Part shown: piece after piece, positions 13,165 to 25,090 of the stretch | Numbering within the stretch: position 1 is the stretch's first letter | Layout: every line of letters starts with the position of its first letter | Source: Callorhinchus milii | Taxonomy: Eukaryota | Assembly (NCBI RefSeq): GCF_018977255.1 | Contig: NW_024704742.1 | Location: 37,698,001-37,758,000 of the forward strand | Length of the DNA stretch: 60,000 nucleotides | Reading direction: 5' to 3' | The notes under the pieces: generated by a model | What the model saw: only the letters and a program-made list of their open reading frames with translations | Told to the model about the DNA's origin: nothing | The model's database searches: none | Translations under genes and position numbers: made by a program

Positions 13165-13570
13165 AGTCAGCCGGTCTCAGTTGGTAGCATTCTTGCATCT
13201 GAGTCAGAAGGTTGTGCATTTGAGCCCCAAGTCAGGACTTGGAACTCAGACACTCCAAATGAGTGCTGGAGCGGTGGGTGCTCCATTATTCGAGAAGATA
13301 TTAAATGTCCCATCTGTCTGTTCAAGTGGACGTTGAAGATCCCATGGCACTATTTGCAAAGAGAAGGAAGTTTCTCCCAGTGTCCTGGCCAAAAATCCCC
13401 CAATAAAATTGGTCACTCATTTCATGGCAATTTGTGGGGACATTGCTGTGCACAAATTGTCTGCCACGTTCGCCCACAAAACATAGTCACTGCACTTTAC
13501 AGCATGTTCTGTGAAAATCTTTGAGATGTCCTCAAGACATGAAAAGTACTATACAAAATATAAGGATTAT
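13165..13570 (+). mobile_element. Deu-domain SINE (SacSINE1-like)
   Basis: ctcagttggtagca..ctgagtcagaaggttgtg head and aagatcccatggcactattt core. Confidence 0.7.
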
Positions 13571-14364
13571 ATATTGTCACTCATATTATTTACAACTACT
13601 GTAAAATGATAAGTCCTACCCACTTCCTTATATTATTAAAATATTTTTTTTTGTCAGCCGAGTGTCTGCAGAAACCCATCATTATGCTTAAGAGTATTCA
13701 AACCAGACTAAGAGTTCCAAGCATGCCCACCTACACATGGGAGTTCCCTCTCTAAACCAGGGACAGGGATGAGGTGACTGTAGGCACTTCGGCACAGTCG
13801 GAGACAAGTCCTAGCCTCACCGGAATCCTCTCTCCCTGAGGGGACGTATGACCAAATGCTGGAGAGTATTGGGCACATTTTGGCCAGAGCTAAGATTGTC
13901 TCAGAATAGAGACAGATACCAGGAACTTCCTCCGAGCTTCCTGGTTGACAACATAGCTGAGCATGAAATGCATAATAATATCACCCATAATAATATTGGA
14001 ATCAATAAAAGAATATAAACGTGGCTATTTTCAGTTAACATAGTACAGAGATTTATGAACATTAAAGTGTTTCATTTTAAACAGCTGTGTAATTGAGGTT
14101 ATATCATTCTGTGTAATAATTCTTGCAATTGGCTCAGCACCTTTCACATTAGGAGAACATCTCAAAGCTTCAGGATATACTGTAAACTTTCTTTTGTAGG
14201 AGAATGCAACAGCCAATTTGAGCACAGCAGTGTCCCACAAACAGCCATATGTAATGTGGAAAGAGATAGAAAAATGGATTTACTGGCCAAACATGATTGA
14301 ATAACAGGAAAATGTGATTAACCACAATGAAAATTGAAAAAACAGGGAACTGGACCAAATTAAT

Positions 14365-14500
14365 CAAAACACAAAATACTGCAGATGCTGAAAATCTGAA
14401 AACAAAAACAGAAGTCGCTGGGAACACTCAGCAGGTCAGGCAGCATCTATGGAGAAACGAAAGTGAGTCAACATTTCAGGTCTATGACCCTTCTTCTTGC
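14365..14500 (+). mobile_element. Chondrichthyan short interspersed repeat (aaatactgcagatgctg...aacactcagcaggtcaggcagcatct)
   Basis: Recognised as a common shark-type repeat; family name uncertain. Confidence 0.55.
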
Positions 14501-15914
14501 AAGAAAATGCAAGAAAGTTCAAACACTGTTGCCATACCTGAACTCATACGATTATTATCCAAGAGGAAACACATCTTTTCACCAATGGATTTTTGAACAA
14601 ATTATTGCACAAGAAACAAAAATAAATTTTAACAGTAACTACATCTTACAGAATTTTGTGGCACAAGAACTCAAGGTTATAAGAATAATTATAACCAATC
14701 AGTCAGTCCAAATCTTCCCGTTCTTTTGTTTTGGTTCACAGTCAGAAAGTTAGGAAATGTCCGTCTTTTTTGAATGATTTAATTGAATCATCGTTCATGA
14801 CACTAGGTGGCAGTGGCAGTCTATTCCATAAATTAGCAATGGTGAATGGCTTAATATATATAATCTATACATATATGATCCAAAACAATACTCATAATAA
14901 TCCTCTATTTGGGATAAAGCTTTTCTCATTGGGAGGACATCTGAAAGCACTTCACAGGATATACTATAAAGTGCAGTGACTGTACTTTGTTGGTGAAATG
15001 TGGCAGCTAAGTTGTGTAAAGCAATGTCCCACAAATAGCCATGATGTGAATGATCAATTTATGTGGGGATTGATGGCCAGGACACCAGGAGAACTCCCTC
15101 CTCTTTTTGAACAGTGTCATGGGATCTTTAATCCTCTGGAACAGGCAGACGGGACCTCAGTTTATTGTAGACCCACGCTACACTGGAAATGTGATATATC
15201 TAGCTTCTGGCATTGAACAGTCAACTTCCCAGGCTAAACAAGGCTAACCAGTGGCCATTGACATGACATGTTAACAGTGACTACATCTGCAGATCTTTGT
15301 GCCACAAGAACTTAAGGGTGTAAAAATGATTATAACCATTCAGCCAGTCCAGCTCTACACATTTTTTTGGTGTCCTGTATAAATCACACAACCCATCCAG
15401 CAATACTGTATATATTATTTAGGAACAGCATTTCTGAAACGATTGTCTACAGGTTGAGATTTGGCATACAATCTCCAATAGATGTTTCCCCTGTCTGGTG
15501 TAACATATAATCTCTGTGAAGCTCTTTGATAATACTTATCCAGTTGAAAATGTACAAGTTGTTGGGCTGCACTGACGGAAAGAAATTTAGCTCTAAAATC
15601 TGTTGGGAAACAAGAATTTCTAGGACTATTTCAGACAATCATGGATTGGAATGACAAATAGAACAGGCGGTTGTATTATCAGAACACAAGAGGACACAAA
15701 GGTTCAAAGTTGCAAAGGCAATTTCAGGACAGACACCACAAAGTATTTCTTTACCGAGAAGGCAATTAATCACTGAAACAGGTCACAATGAAGGACTGGT
15801 GAGGCTAGGACTTGTCTTCGACTGTGCTGATGTGCCTATAGTCACCTCCCCCTGCCTCTGGTTTGGCATTAGGCTCCACTACTGTTAAGCGATGTGAGAT
15901 GCTACCCCGCATAA

Positions 15915-17460
15915 ACAACAACAAAGTTACATTTGTATAGCACCTTTCATGTCGGGAGGACGTCACAAGGCACTGGACAGACAGAGTTTTGGACCCAAGC
16001 TGGGAGTTGGTATTGGGGATGAAGAAGAACAGGGGGGGAAGCAGGGAGATCAAAAGCACGGTTGAAGAGGAGAGTCTTGAGATAGGTCTTGAAGGAGACA
16101 AGGGAGGGGACGAGACAGAGGGACTGCGGAATGGAGTTCCAGAGGGTGGGGGCAGAGTGACGGAAGACTGGCCTGCCAATGGTGGAGCAGGCAAGGTGGG
16201 GCACATGAAGCAGGCCGGAGCCCACTGAGCAGAGGGAGTGGGCAGGATGGTAGGGGGTTAGGAAGTCGCAGAAGTAGGGGAGAGTGAGGCCATGGAGGGC
16301 TTTGAAGATGAGGACCAGGATCTTCAACTGTATCCTCTGTGTGATGGGAAGCCAGTGGAGTCGGTAAGGATGGGGGTGGTAGGGTCACGGAGCCTGGTGT
16401 GGGAGAGGACATGGGCTGCAGAGTTCTAGATGATTTGCGGCCTAAGGAGGGAGGAGTTGGTGAGGCTGACAAGCAAGGAGTTTGCACAGTCAAGCCTTGA
16501 TGTTATGAATGTGTGTATGAAGGTCTTGGCAGCCTCCGGTGTAAGACAGTGGCGGAGCCGGGCGATGTTGCAGAGGTGGGGGAAGACAGAGCGGGTCAAG
16601 GCTGGATGTGGTATAGAAAGGATAGTTGAGAGTCAAACAAGATGCCAAGGTTCCGGGCTGCTTAGTGAGGAGCAGTGTGATAATGTCAGCGCCTGATGTT
16701 TGGAGGCGCTGATGGGAGCCAATCAGGAGGGCCTGGGTCTTGTTGACATTGTTGATGTGGAAATTGACCCCATGTCTGTGGATAATGTCACCAAGAGGGA
16801 GCATATAGACGTTGGAGAAGGGGACTAAGGACAGAACCCTGAGGAACGCTGCATGAGACGGTGCAGGGGCTAGAGGAGAAACCGTTTGTGCAAATGAAGT
16901 GGAGGCAGTTTGAGAGGTACGATCTGAACCAGTCAAGAACAGAACCACGAATGTTGAGGTGAGCGGAGAGGTGGTGGATGAGGATAGAGTGGTCAACAGT
17001 GTCAAAGGCAGCAGAAAGATCAAGAAGAATGAGGAGACAAAGGGAATCCTGGTCGCAGTTGGACAGAATATCATTTGTCACTTTGACCAGGGCTGTTTCT
17101 TTGCTGTGGGTGGCACAGAACTCCAATTGGAGGGGTTCGTGAAGGGAGTGGCGGGAGAGGAAGGAGCAAAGCTGGGAAGCAACATCTCGTTCCAAGATCG
17201 TGGATAGACAAAGGAGGTGGGGAGTGTTAGTAGACGGAAGGGCAGAGGCAGCTGAGCAGATCCACTCAACATTGGATTCAAGGAAGTCCAGCATTGCCTC
17301 ACAGTTGGCACTGTAGTTGAGGATGGGCGAGGGGCATTAGAGGATGGGCAGAGGAGTCGGTTGATGATGGAGAAGAGGAGCCGGGGTTGTCCTTAGCCTC
17401 CAAGATTGTCTTGGAGTAGAATGATGATTTAGTAGAAGCAAAAGGGGGAGCGGTAAGATT
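15915..17460 (-). mobile_element. L2-clade LINE fragment
   Basis: LLDLSAAFDTVDH, PQGSVLSPLL, KILVLIFKALHGL motifs. Confidence 0.9.
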
Positions 17461-17644
17461 TGATTACAAGAATTTCTAGAATGCAACTAGTTATGTGTTA
17501 ATTGGAGTGACAAGTAAAGACAAGTTTCGCCCACAAAATATACAGTCAATTCACTTTACAGTATAATCTGTGAAGCATTTTGAGACATCTCAATGATGTG
17601 ATAAGGTGCTATATCAAGTGCAAGAATTATTAGGATTATTAAAA

Positions 17645-18024
17645 TTGATCGGATAACTAGTCCTAGAAGATGGCATCTTGCATCGGAGAGGCCTCCCTGC
17701 CTTAACATGTGATTTGTGTGGATGCTCAGCGGAGGTTGGGTATGCATGCTCAGATGCATTGCAGAGGCCTCTGGTCGAATGGAGTGCTTCCCGCTCTGCC
17801 TCCCACCCTATCCGGTGCAGGATAGGGTAGGAAGCCTTGGCTCTCCAGTAGATCAGAGGCCTCTGCAATGCATCTGATTATGCGCACCCAATTGCCGCCG
17901 AGCACCTGCATCAGTCACAGAGCCCCCCATGGCCCCGAAGGGCATATGCCTAACTAGCCACTCCAGATAACTAGTTGTTGAGCCCGTTTCCCTTGGAATA
18001 ACAAGTTATCAGGAGTTTACTGTA
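17645..18024. mobile_element. Tigger/pogo-like foldback MITE
   Basis: Right end reads TA-CAGTAAACTCCTGATAAC on the minus strand; long internal palindrome centred near 17816. Confidence 0.6.
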
Positions 18025-18026
18025 CT

Positions 18027-18460
18027 TACATTTATATAGCGCCTTTCAAATAGGATCACGAGTTGGACTGCTTCACAGTGGGATGTTAAACGGCAATCAA
18101 GGGAAAAGGAGGAAGGGCAGGTGACCATAGGCTCAGTCAAGATGGTAGATTCTAACATGGGAGTTAAAGATGGCTACAGAGGGGGGAGGCGTAGGGCTAG
18201 AGGTAGGGAGTTACAGAGGTTAAGGTATAGTGATTGAAGACTCTGCCACTCATGAGGTAGGTGACGTGCGCCAGGCCTGTGTTCGCTGAGCAGAGGAGAG
18301 AGTATGAGAAGTTCAAAGCGGTTGGGAGGTGCTAGGGTATGAAGGGATTGATAAGAGTGAAGACTTTAAACCTATTCAGTGGAGCCCTTGAGCCCGTTGA
18401 GGATTGAATGGTAGGTGTGTAGAGCTTTGTGTGGGTGAGGATATTAGTGGAAATGTTTTA
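18027..18460 (-). mobile_element. Older L2 LINE 3' end
   Basis: Degenerate match to the same 3' tail (aggcgctatataaatgt). Confidence 0.6.
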
Positions 18461-18929
18461 GTGCCGAGTAACAAATGGTAATAAAAGAATAATTGATATG
18501 ACACAATAATAATAATACTTGCATTTGGTAAAACACCTTTCACATCAGGAGGACATCACAAAACACTTCACAGTGTTGTAAAGCGAAGTGACAGTGTATT
18601 CTGTAGTTAAACAATAAAATAAATTGTTTGAATAGAATGCTATCTGCATTCCCAGGCAGTAGTGTTAAATGGGGCTGTCCATATATACAGCAGTTGTAAC
18701 TTCTGCTACAGAATATTGATCCGACTACCACGAGGAATCTAAACAATTCTGAGAAACAAAGCGAACATTTCCTGGTACACTGTGTTCACGAAAAAAAAGA
18801 CATCAATAGATGAGACTTAGTCTTTCATTTGTTTGTTTGATGAGTTAAAATAGAAAGGTGAGTGGGTGCAAGCACACTATCTAACCTGCAAGAACTAGAT
18901 TCATAATTTTGCACCTCTACCTACCAAAA

Positions 18930-19232
18930 TGATAATAATAATCCTTGCATTTGATATAGCGCTTTTCACGTCTTCTAGAGTCTCAAGGCGCTTCACAGAA
19001 TATACTGTAAAGAGAAATGATTGTATATTTGTGGGCGAAACGCGGCAGCCAATTGCGCACAGCAGTGTCCCACAAACAGTCGTGAATTGAAATTACCAAT
19101 TTTATTATTTTTTTGAGGGATTATTATCAGGTGTGTGATGTAAGGAAAGTTGCCCAAGGTCTCGCCTTGCCGGGAATCGAACCCAAGTCTCTCGCTTGCA
19201 AGGCGAGTGCTCTAACCACTGAGCTACAGGAC
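18930..19232 (-). mobile_element. tRNA-derived SINE, full length
   Basis: Intact head and tail. Confidence 0.9.
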
Positions 19233-19964
19233 ACCACAAAAGACATTATGGACATCATAACGATGTGCACCCCTACATTTATGAAGAAAATGTAATGTAG
19301 AAAGAAGCAATGAGTTTAACCTTTAAGTATATAGTTTGGATGCAATTTAAAATATTTCAACTTATCAAGTTTATAATAATTATCCTCGCATTTTATATAG
19401 TGCCTTTCAAATCAGGAGGATGTCTCAAAGAGCTTCACAGGATTCATTGTGAATTTTTTGCAGGAGAAACTTTTATTAACCTTTTGGGAACTTTCAAGTT
19501 AGGATATAGAAAATGTTATTAATGAATTTTCCAGTTGTAACTATTGTATATAGCACCTTATCATGGTGTGGTAGCTGCTTGTGCCAGCAAGGTCCCTACA
19601 AGCAGCCATACAGACTGACCAATTAATCAGTGAGATTACAATACTAATTTTCATTTATTATAGTGCTTTTCACGTTGGGAAGTGCTTCAAAGATTGTTGT
19701 CAGTCAGGCACCACAGAGGTATACAGTAATACCTTGAAATAGGTTTAAGATTTATCACCCTGAACACCATTGGGCCAAGACACATTGGATGACTATCTTA
19801 AAAAGAATTACACAGAACCCGAAGCTGGCACACTAATGAAGTAAATATTTCAGATTGTAACCAATTGTTACTTAATTTGGGGCAAAAAAAAACCTCCACA
19901 TATATATTCAGTATAATACAATATATTCAGTGCTTTGAAATGATAAGGCGCTATACCAAATATA

Positions 19965-20150
19965 GTAATAATAATCCTTGCATTTGATATAGAGCCTTAT
20001 CACGTCTTTGAGACGTCTCAAAGCACTTCACAAAATAGACTGTAAAGTGAACTGACTACATTTTATGAGCGTGGCAGCCAATTGCGCACAGCAGTGTCCC
20101 ACAAACAGTTGTCGATTGAAGTGACCAATTTATTATTATTATTATTATTT
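19965..20150 (-). mobile_element. SINE 3' half
   Basis: Same tail and body. Confidence 0.8.
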
Positions 20151-20444
20151 TTTGAACAAATTATTATTACATTGAGACGAATTCCAATGCTGGGAGGACT
20201 GAGTTAAATTCCTCGCACTGAACTAACCCTGCAAACGTGCTACTGCTAAAGGGGAAGAGAGAAACATTATGTAGTTAGTTTGGAATCTCGGCTCCTGGAC
20301 AGCAGCTCACAGCAAGCCAGCCCTGGGCTGCAACAAGCAAAGACTCCCAAAGCAATGCCATCCTCTTTCAGGCAATGGAAGCACACACTGAACGAGGGGA
20401 AAGGGAGACCAGTGATCAGGTTATATCCCTAAGGTGCAACAGCG

Positions 20445-20660
20445 ATACATCGATTTCACAATCATTACATTTACACCAACACGGCGCTGACATTTCACTT
20501 CCAATTATAAAAGCAATGATCCTCACTCAGCATAACACTCAGCCTGTCTGATCTACCTACCGATTGCCCTTTGTACAGATAGTGCTAAACTCTGCAGTTC
20601 ACTGAGCTCCTCCCTTGAAGCCGAGCAGGCGGGGAGGCTGGTACATCTGATAAATAGTGC
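20445..20660 (+). promoter_or_regulatory. Putative LEAP2-like proximal promoter (TATA-like GATAAATA; C/EBP-, HNF4- and Onecut-like sites)
   Basis: GATAAATA 20649-20656, ATTTCACAAT 20453-20462, TGCCCTTTGTACA 20565-20577, TACATCGATTT about 20446-20456; motifs matched by eye only. Confidence 0.45.
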
Positions 20661-20714
20661 AAAACTTCAGCCCAGAATGTGTGCGAGGCAGACAACTCCT
20701 GAGGACTTGTTACC

Positions 20715-20780
20715 ATGAGATCCCACCTGAGCAGAGCGCTTGCAGTCTCCTGTATCCTCTGCCTCCTCTGCAGCATCACG
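20715..20780 (+). CDS. LEAP2: LEAP2-like exon 1 (signal peptide MRSHLSRALAVSCILCLLCSIT)
   Basis: accATG Kozak context, hydrophobic core, ACG|gtaagc donor in phase 0. Confidence 0.85.
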
Positions 20781-23700
20781 GTAAGCAGTTTCTGACAGCC
20801 ATCAGTGCCTTAGCCGTTCTCTATGCTCTTTAAAGAAAGGAAAAGTGCTTTGCCATATCTTACAGTCAATCCACTTTACAATAGATTTACAATATATTCT
20901 GTGAAGTCCTTTGAGACCTCTCAAAGATAAGGCGCTGTATCAAATGCAAGGATTATTATTAGTAGTAGTTTTGCAGAGGGATACATTGAAACGTGTTGGC
21001 TTCTTGTTGACCTGAGGTACAATTAATGTTACCATTACAGGTTATTCCTAAACTAAGTGTCTAAACTTAGGGACAACACAGTTCAGTTGTCATGTGAATT
21101 ATTATGTGAACGGTTCATGTACACACTCATATGTAAGAGGACAATTGTTGTTTAGCACGTACAGGTTTATTGATAGCCAGAGAGGGAGATTGCAGAATAC
21201 GAATGTAATTTTCAGTTTTTCAGATACAAAGAAAGAATTATAGAAGTTATAAAGGCCTTGGATTAGGGGGCAGAGTGAAACATTTAAAGAGACAGGGTTT
21301 TCAACAAACAACAACAACTTGCACTTAAATAGTGCCTTCGACGCTTAACAGTGGCGGAGCCTGACTACGAGCCAAGTGGGGTGGGGGGGGGGGGGGCAAA
21401 AAGGAAGGTTTTCAGGTGGGATTGAAAAAGGGGAGAGAGGGCAAGGTGGAGGGATTGAGGGTGAGTGTTCCAGAATTTCAGGGAATAGTGGCTGAAAGCA
21501 CGACCTCCAATGGTGGAGTGGAGGGTGGAAGGGATGAGCAGGATGCCGGTGCCAGTCGAGCGGAAGTGCCAGGTGGTGGATTGGGGAGAGGAGGTCGAAG
21601 AGGTAGAGAGGTACCAGGGAGTGAATGGAAAATTGAGAAAACTTTCTGTTTGGGGAAGGGGGAAGAGCCAGATCTTTCTTTTTGACAAGTTTAAATTATT
21701 TTCAATTATTGCAAATGATGCCACAATTTATATCACCCTCTTGCGAGTTTGCAAAGATGAAGAATTTTAAAGCAAAATGTTTCCTTGGGAACGTTTAATA
21801 GGTAGGAGTGCAACAGTGTTTTTTTTGGAGGGGGCAGTACAATAAACTGTATAGTATTATAACTGCTGTCATTTGTATTGACTACTTTCCTCAATAATTG
21901 CCAAGGCAAAAATATTTGCTGTACTATAAAATTTGGAGGGGTGTAAGAGGTAAGCGGAGTCTCTTTGGAGCTGAACTGGTAATCCAGTTCCTGAGCCAGC
22001 TGGGTCCGCAGTATTCCAGGAGCCTGTTTGCTTCATTGACAGGACTTGGAAAGGCAGACCAGTCACTGGGGGCAGAGACTCTTCCCACTCTGCTCCTGCT
22101 AACCCTGTAAGCAAAAGCTTTAATAAGTAGGAATCCCAGCTGGACAAACAGCAGGAAAGCTTGCAAGACAGTGCTCTCCATGGTAAGCTAAGCGGTTTCA
22201 GCTGGTCAGACTCCAACAGTAGCTCAACGCACACTCTTGGCTCTTCCTAACCTTTAGCCTAATACTTTCTGGAATTAGGAAAGCAGTACATTCTTTCCAG
22301 GGAGAGAATGCACATTCCATACCAATAAATATCTCTGGCATTTCGATGTATAGGTGGGATGCAAGAAGTTTGGTTTAGATACTCAAGCATGGCGATAGAT
22401 TTCTGCACACATCAGACATCCAGCTGAACAAAACAATAAATTCACTGGACCTTATAGAGTCGGACAAAGTTTAATGGAATAGACAAAGAAAACCCTGAAC
22501 AAAACAACATATATTTATATAGTATTTTCAACATAGCATAACTCAGAGCACTTTACAACGCTAGGGTTGGACACAGAGCAAGAGAGAAGGGGGAATGAGG
22601 AGTGGACCATAGAGAAGGTTGAAAAAGTAAGTTTTAAGTGAGATTTAAAGATAAATAGGAGGGAGGACAACAAGAAGTCCTTCAGATACATCAAGGTAGC
22701 AGGGCAAGAGATCATGAGATCAAGGTTTAGGAGAGACACAAGGAAGCATTTCTTTTCACAAAGTAATTAATAGCTGGAAGGAGTTAACAGAAAAGATTGT
22801 GAAGGCCAGGAGGCTGGCCTCATTTAACAGCTTGATGCCATAAGGGGCAGAGTCGGGTGGCTATTCAAGAAGGCTGAGAAAAAAATGATTGTTTTAATCC
22901 TTACATTTCTTGTGATCATGTTATTTTATATAGAACTGCTGAGTAACTTACATTAATTTATTATCCTCTTCACTTTGTGCCATGCAATAATAAATACAAA
23001 AACCCTCTGACCACTGTAATGAAATGTCCATGTTGAATATTATGTCCCATATATTAGCACAAATGCATGAGAAACATTGATTGCATGGCATTGCCTTGAA
23101 GAAAGTTGAGAACCTATTTATAATTTTAACTGTGACTGGTAATCTGGTTTAAAATGTTTAACCAGTCTTCCAGAGGTTTTGCACCTTAATTAATAGTTAG
23201 TTAAGGGGTCTATTATTCAATTTAATATAATAATAATCCTTGCATTTGATATAATGCTTTTCATGTCTTCTAGACATCTCAAAGAGCTTCACAGAATATA
23301 CTGTAAAGTGAATTGACTGTATATTTGTGGGAGAAATGACTTTGTATGGCAAAAACAATTTCCAGAAATAAACAGAAACATTATGGAAATTTTAGTTGAT
23401 TTTTCTTCTCTCTTGTTCCACGATTCCACCCGTTAACACATCCTAATTCAGCAGAAAGGTTCCAGTTTAATTAATAAGATATTTATTTAATAATTCACTG
23501 TTCTGTAAATAGTGAAAAGGGGATGGCTTAGCTGAGAGTAAGATTGACTTGTATTTCTTTTTTGCAAGGCGTTGAGTGTAAAACTTTAAAATTTTACATT
23601 CAATTCCTCACAAAAAATGAACTACGTGAAATGTAACAACCATAAAACTCTTAAGCCAAGTAAGAAAACAAGTGGGTTCTATCCACATTCCCTGGCTGCT

Positions 23701-24682
23701 GGTTTTAATTGGCTCCATTGATAAAATCTGCAACACTAACTAGATTTAATCAATAAAATATAGTCTATGTAGTCAATAAAATATAGTCTGTACCAAACAA
23801 GTCAATTTGTTCATTAGCAAACACTTTTTAGAATTTAAAATAAAAATCAGACGTTAAATTAACTAGGTGTTCATGATTTGATGTGTTACTAGAACCTGAT
23901 ATCTAGATTAGTCACATAATTTCAGATAAGCTTTTTCATGTGTAACTGGATAATCTGTCTGTTTCACTGTACAAATGCTATGATTTTTATTTTATTTTTT
24001 GTAATCGTTCCTAGGTTCAGTCAGCTACTGGACCCAATGTTCAGAGGGAACAATTAGTTCAACGAATTAGGAGATCGATGCTTTGGCGTTGGATCACTCA
24101 GAGGCCTGTTGGTGCAACCTGTAGAGACAACTCTGAATGCATCACCAATTACTGCGCCATTCAGGATACGTACGTATATAAATATCTTGATGAATTTAAT
24201 ATGAAACTTTTAAAATGGTAAACATTAATTTTGTTGACTTAACCATTGCGTTGATGAACAAAACATTACGATAGGAACGTCTTTCAAGTCCTCACCCGCA
24301 TGCCCCCAATGTTTTTGGAAGATTAAGGAGAAGAATATAATATAACTATAAAAGTGAATTTTAAAATATACAAATGGATTTCACTCAATTATTGATAACC
24401 GTCTCAGCTTTGTGAAACTCCTCAAAATGTCCTCCCAACATGAAACATAGTGCTATAAAAATCACCATTGACCAATTGTTAATATGGAAATCAATTCTAA
24501 AATATTCATCGCTTCTTTGGCCACTCACAAGCTAAATGTTCCAGTTTCAAAATTACTAGGATTCATTCATGAGACACAAAGCCATGTGAACCAGTTTGTT
24601 CTGAATCAGGAATCCGCAAAATTAACAGCATTTATTTTCTTGCAGGACAGCACAATGTTCTTTACAAACGTTTTCAGAGTAA
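20715..24682 (+). CDS. LEAP2: LEAP2-family (LEAP-2C-like) prepropeptide, 3 exons, 85 aa
   Basis: join(20715-20780,24015-24169,24646-24682) = MRSHLSRALAVSCILCLLCSITVQSATGPNVQREQLVQRIRR/SMLWRWITQRPVGATCRDNSECITNYCAIQDTTAQCSLQTFSE*. Signal peptide, RxRR furin site, RPVGAxCRDxSECIT core with 4 Cys. Confidence 0.92.
21305..21620 (-). mobile_element. L2 LINE 3' end
   Basis: TIGGRAFSHYSLKFWN...FQSHLKTFLF. Confidence 0.8.
24015..24169 (+). CDS. LEAP2: LEAP2-like exon 2 (propeptide, RIRR, most of the mature peptide)
   Basis: T-rich tract + ttcctag acceptor, AC|gtacgt donor, LEAP2 signature sequence. Confidence 0.95.
24646..24682 (+). CDS. LEAP2: LEAP2-like exon 3, coding part (TAQCSLQTFSE*)
   Basis: tttattttcttgcag acceptor; the phase-2 join supplies the 4th Cys; TAA at 24680-24682. 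Confidence 0.9.
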
Positions 24683-24885
24683 AAACGAAGATCCATAAAC
24701 CAATCTTCAAAAGTATTTTTCAAAGCAAAGGAAATGAAGTCAATTTGCAACGTGAAGTAATTCCTTTCCAAGAATGGGAAAGAAACAGCAATACAAAATG
24801 ATCAGTGAGGCTACTGTAAGCAGAATATTTAGTGCTGCAGAATATGGAATTATCCTGTTCATGATCTCAATCTGTAAATTTGTAT

Positions 24886-25090
24886 GCATTTATTTATTTG
24901 TACAATATGTTTTATATAATTAAATGCACAAAGAGCTTATTAGATTTTAAGTATGTTTTATTAGTATTTTGTAGGAATATTGAAGTTGGGACACAAACAT
25001 TTTTTGGTAACAAACTACTGCAGCAATTTCATACTGAAGTTCATTTCCCGCACTACAAACATTTAAATTTTTTTTATAAAACTCATTAAA
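24886..25090 (+). promoter_or_regulatory. LEAP2-like 3' UTR: AU-rich element and candidate polyA signal
   Basis: Overlapping ATTTA repeats at about 24888-24899; ATTAAA at 25085-25090 (AATAAA also at 25500-25505). Confidence 0.4.

Noticed and set aside
14631..15370. About 90-bp direct duplication (14631-14720 vs 15273-15365) with a protein-like minus-strand frame
   Set aside because: The first copy adjoins a CR1-type WNRLP...SIKSFKK end, so these are most likely two old LINE 3' tails.
19160..19232. tRNA-Ala(TGC)-like cloverleaf (also near 5365-5435, 44090-44158 and 53090-53160)
   Set aside because: Poor acceptor stem, and each copy continues into the same SINE body and (ATT)n tail; these are SINE heads, not tRNA genes.
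20715..20780. Signal-peptide exon as a CXC chemokine (CXCL9/10/11 are neighbours in human)
   Set aside because: The phase-0 donor and the downstream exons give a LEAP2 cysteine pattern, not CXC.
24484..24801. 105-aa plus-strand ORF
   Set aside because: Overlaps LEAP2-like exon 3 in the wrong frame and has no recognisable homology.
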